The translations under genes were made by a program, and so were the position numbers. A stretch of DNA of 62,053 nucleotides, the filler included, from Stramenopiles sp. TOSAG23-6 (lineage: Eukaryota), in the NCBI GenBank assembly GCA_900128565.1. It is 20 parts of 20 records of this genome, joined end to end, with 100 filler letters (N's around TTAATTAATTAA, not from the genome) between each part and the next. Parts side by side here need not be neighbours in the genome. Positions count along the whole stretch, not along the records: positions 59,069 to 62,053 come from LT637714.1; 19 more parts are not named here. The stretch is one strand, 5' to 3'. Position 1 is the stretch's first letter; every line of letters starts with the position of its first letter. Below are positions 59,818 through 62,053 of the stretch, in pieces. The notes under the pieces were generated by a model. The model worked only from the letters and a program-made list of their open reading frames with translations, was not told where the DNA came from and searched no databases.

Positions 59818-60807
59818 ATGGCTACATCTGCAATGCAACCACCTCTTGGCATGTCTATGCCAAATGCTTCACAGAATGCACCTGGGAATGTACAAACAGG
59901 AGCTGATTACTTAGCGCCTTTGGTATTACAACTTACAAATCCTGAGCAGCGAGAATCTGCTCTTTTGGATCTTAGCAAGAAGCGTGAATCGTTTCCCGAC
60001 CTCGCACCGATATTATGGCACAGTACTGGTACAGCAGCTGCTTTATTACAAGAAATTGTATCTATTTATCCAATGTTATCCCCTCCTTCACTTAATGCTC
60101 ACGCATCTAACCGTGTTTGCAATGCTCTAGCTTTACTTCAGTGCGTGGCTAGTCACCCAGAAACGCGGACACTGTTTTTAAACGCACACATTCCCTTATA
60201 CTTATATCCATTTTTGAATACCATATCAAAGAGCCGCCCTTTTGAATACTTGCGACTTACCAGTCTTGGTGTTATTGGTGCTCTCGTAAAAGTTGATGAT
60301 TCCGAAGTTATTTCTTTTCTTTTGCAGACTGAGATCATTCCTTTATGCCTTCGTATTATGGAATCAGGTTCTGAGTTGAGTAAGACAGTGGCTACATTTA
60401 TTGTTCAAAAGATTTTATTGGATGATACAGGTTTAGGTTATATATGTGTTACAGCCGAGAGGTTTTATGCTGTTTCTACCGTTTTATCAAATATGGTATC
60501 GACAGAAGCTAGACAAGAAAAAGGACCTAGTGGACGATTAGTGAAACATATAGTCCGTTGTTATCTCCGCATTTCAGATAACCCGCGTGCTAGAGAAGCG
60601 TTACGTAGTTGTTTACCTGAGGAACTCAGAAACGATACATTTAAAGCTGTTCTATCAAATGATGCTGCAACAATTCGTTGGTTGACACAGTTGCGTAGTA
60701 ATATAGCTGCAAGTGCTTCAACGGGTGAGACAGCTATTGGTGCTGTTCCTGGTGGTGCTCCTCCAGGGCAACAACAGCAGATTCAGAATGATCAGAAAAA
60801 TATATAA
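59818..60807 (+). CDS. CNOT9: CCR4-NOT subunit 9 (RCD1/CAF40)
   Basis: [68 protein letters not shown]. Confidence 0.96.
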   Translation: MATSAMQPPLGMSMPNASQNAPGNVQTGADYLAPLVLQLTNPEQRESALLDLSKKRESFPDLAPILWHSTGTAAALLQEIVSIYPMLSPPSLNAHASNRVCNALALLQCVASHPETRTLFLNAHIPLYLYPFLNTISKSRPFEYLRLTSLGVIGALVKVDDSEVISFLLQTEIIPLCLRIMESGSELSKTVATFIVQKILLDDTGLGYICVTAERFYAVSTVLSNMVSTEARQEKGPSGRLVKHIVRCYLRISDNPRAREALRSCLPEELRNDTFKAVLSNDAATIRWLTQLRSNIAASASTGETAIGAVPGGAPPGQQQQIQNDQKNI

Positions 60808-61070
60808 TAATTGTGTGAACTTCAACTAATATTTTATGAGATCAATTGTGCTTTTCTATTCTGTCTGTTCATGATAATTCTTATTTATTTTGTAGATAAG
60901 TTTTTGCTACTACCTTATAATATTTATGAAAAATAAATTTCAATTTTTAAGTGAAAAATATATTGTGCAGTATTATCATGATGTTAAATTTGATAGATTT
61001 TAAATATATTGTGCAGTATTATCATGATGTTAAATTTGATAGATGTTTATTATAAAATACGATGATTCGA

Positions 61071-62053
61071 TCAACAAACGTAGCCCAAAGTAACTTTTTT
61101 TGGAAGCGATTTGGTGTCATTGACATGTTGAATTGCTTCATATACACCACCAATAATCATAAATATACTCAAAACTAATAATAGCTTGGCACAGAACTGA
61201 TGTATATCAGATGGTTTTTCTTTTTTCCCACAGAGATTTAAATAACATGATGCAGGTATTACATAACCAATAATGACAGAAATGGACGAGCCCATAAATG
61301 TCCAAATGACAATAATTGAAGGGATTTGTATTGCTGAAAGTAAAGCAAATGTTGAAATCGAAATGGCTATAAAAAACCTCTGAAGAAATGATAAATCATC
61401 AACATAATTTTCATCTACATATTCAACATTTGTCGTACTGTTTTCAATATCCTTTTCATTTTGAACACTGTCATCATTCAGATTTAGTAATGTGACTTGA
61501 TGAGATTCTAGCATTGAAGAATTTGACTCCCCTATTTTGAGAGTATTTTCATTATTTTGACTTTCTTTTGTTACTGTATTTCGTGTATTATGATACACCA
61601 ATGCGACAAGTGCATCTCTGCATGGTAATACTAAAAGAGGAAAGGAAAAAAATAAAGTCAAAGCCAGACCATGTATTGTAAAAAAATTTAAATTCTAAAT
61701 TTGTTAGGTACAAAATTTCGTACGAAAAAAAAATTTTGAAATTCATAATGAAAACGTGCTAATCGACCAGTATTAATGACCATATCTTCCGGATCAAAAT
61801 TATCTAAAATATCCCCACATGTTTGATCCAATTTAAAGAAATAACCAAATAAACCAACAAGAGTATATAAGCAAAAACAAATCATTATTGTAGATCGAAT
61901 TACAATACGTACATTGGACCGCTTTGGGTTTTTTAGTTCACTATGAGTCCCAAGAACATGTATTTTGGAAAAATATTATTTTTAGTAAAATTTGTTAGGT
62001 ACAAAATTTGGTACAAAAAAAAAATTCGAAATTCAATTTTGAAAACGTACATT
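61071..62053 (-). CDS. Amino-acid transporter (SLC38/AAAP family), 3' exons (61760-61957, 61071-61670)
   Basis: N-VLGTHSELKNP, YTLVGLFGY..TCGDILDNF, GRL-GLALTLFFSFPLLVLPCR, FMGS..GYVIPA. Confidence 0.85.
61671..61759 (-). other. Non-canonical GC-AT family intron
   Basis: TTA|GCACGTTTTCATT...TCGTACGAAATTTTGTACCTAAC...TACAATACAT|GGT, in frame. Confidence 0.78.
61958..62050 (-). other. Non-canonical GT-AT intron
   Basis: AAT|GTACGTTTT...GTACCAAATTTTGTACCTAAC...CCAAAATACAT|GTT. Confidence 0.82.

Noticed and set aside
984-60807. Alternative genetic code
   Set aside because: Long intronless ORFs (RMI1, NDUFA9, CNOT9, BUD31) read cleanly and TAA, TAG and TGA are all used as stops; apparent in-gene stops are explained by introns

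Overview
This is not a contiguous locus. It is about 20 unrelated ~3.0-kb contigs of an AT-rich microbial eukaryote, joined by artificial N44-TTAATTAATTAA-N44 linkers. The BUD31 variant is suggestive of a stramenopile (inference). One contig, a WD40-Roc/ROCO gene fragment, is present 7 times. Recognisable genes are RMI1, a KCC/SLC12 cotransporter, RPL7, a GH38 alpha-mannosidase, BUD31, a modular type I PKS (DH-KR-ACP), APC5, NDUFA9, MsrA, CNOT9, an SLC38/AAAP transporter and a PEX10-like RING. The main discovery is a family of more than 30 short (~90-190 nt) non-canonical introns in many unrelated genes. Their consensus is (AT)|GTAYGTTTT...TTTCGTACGAAATTTYGTACCTAAC...AAATATTTTTCCAAAATACAT|, i.e. 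GT-AT rather than GT-AG. They have terminal inverted repeats, an AT direct repeat at most junctions and a palindromic hairpin fused to an unusual TACCTAAC branch-like motif. Removing them restores conserved protein motifs. They coexist with ordinary GT-AG introns, one of which (in RPL7) appears to host two box C/D snoRNAs.
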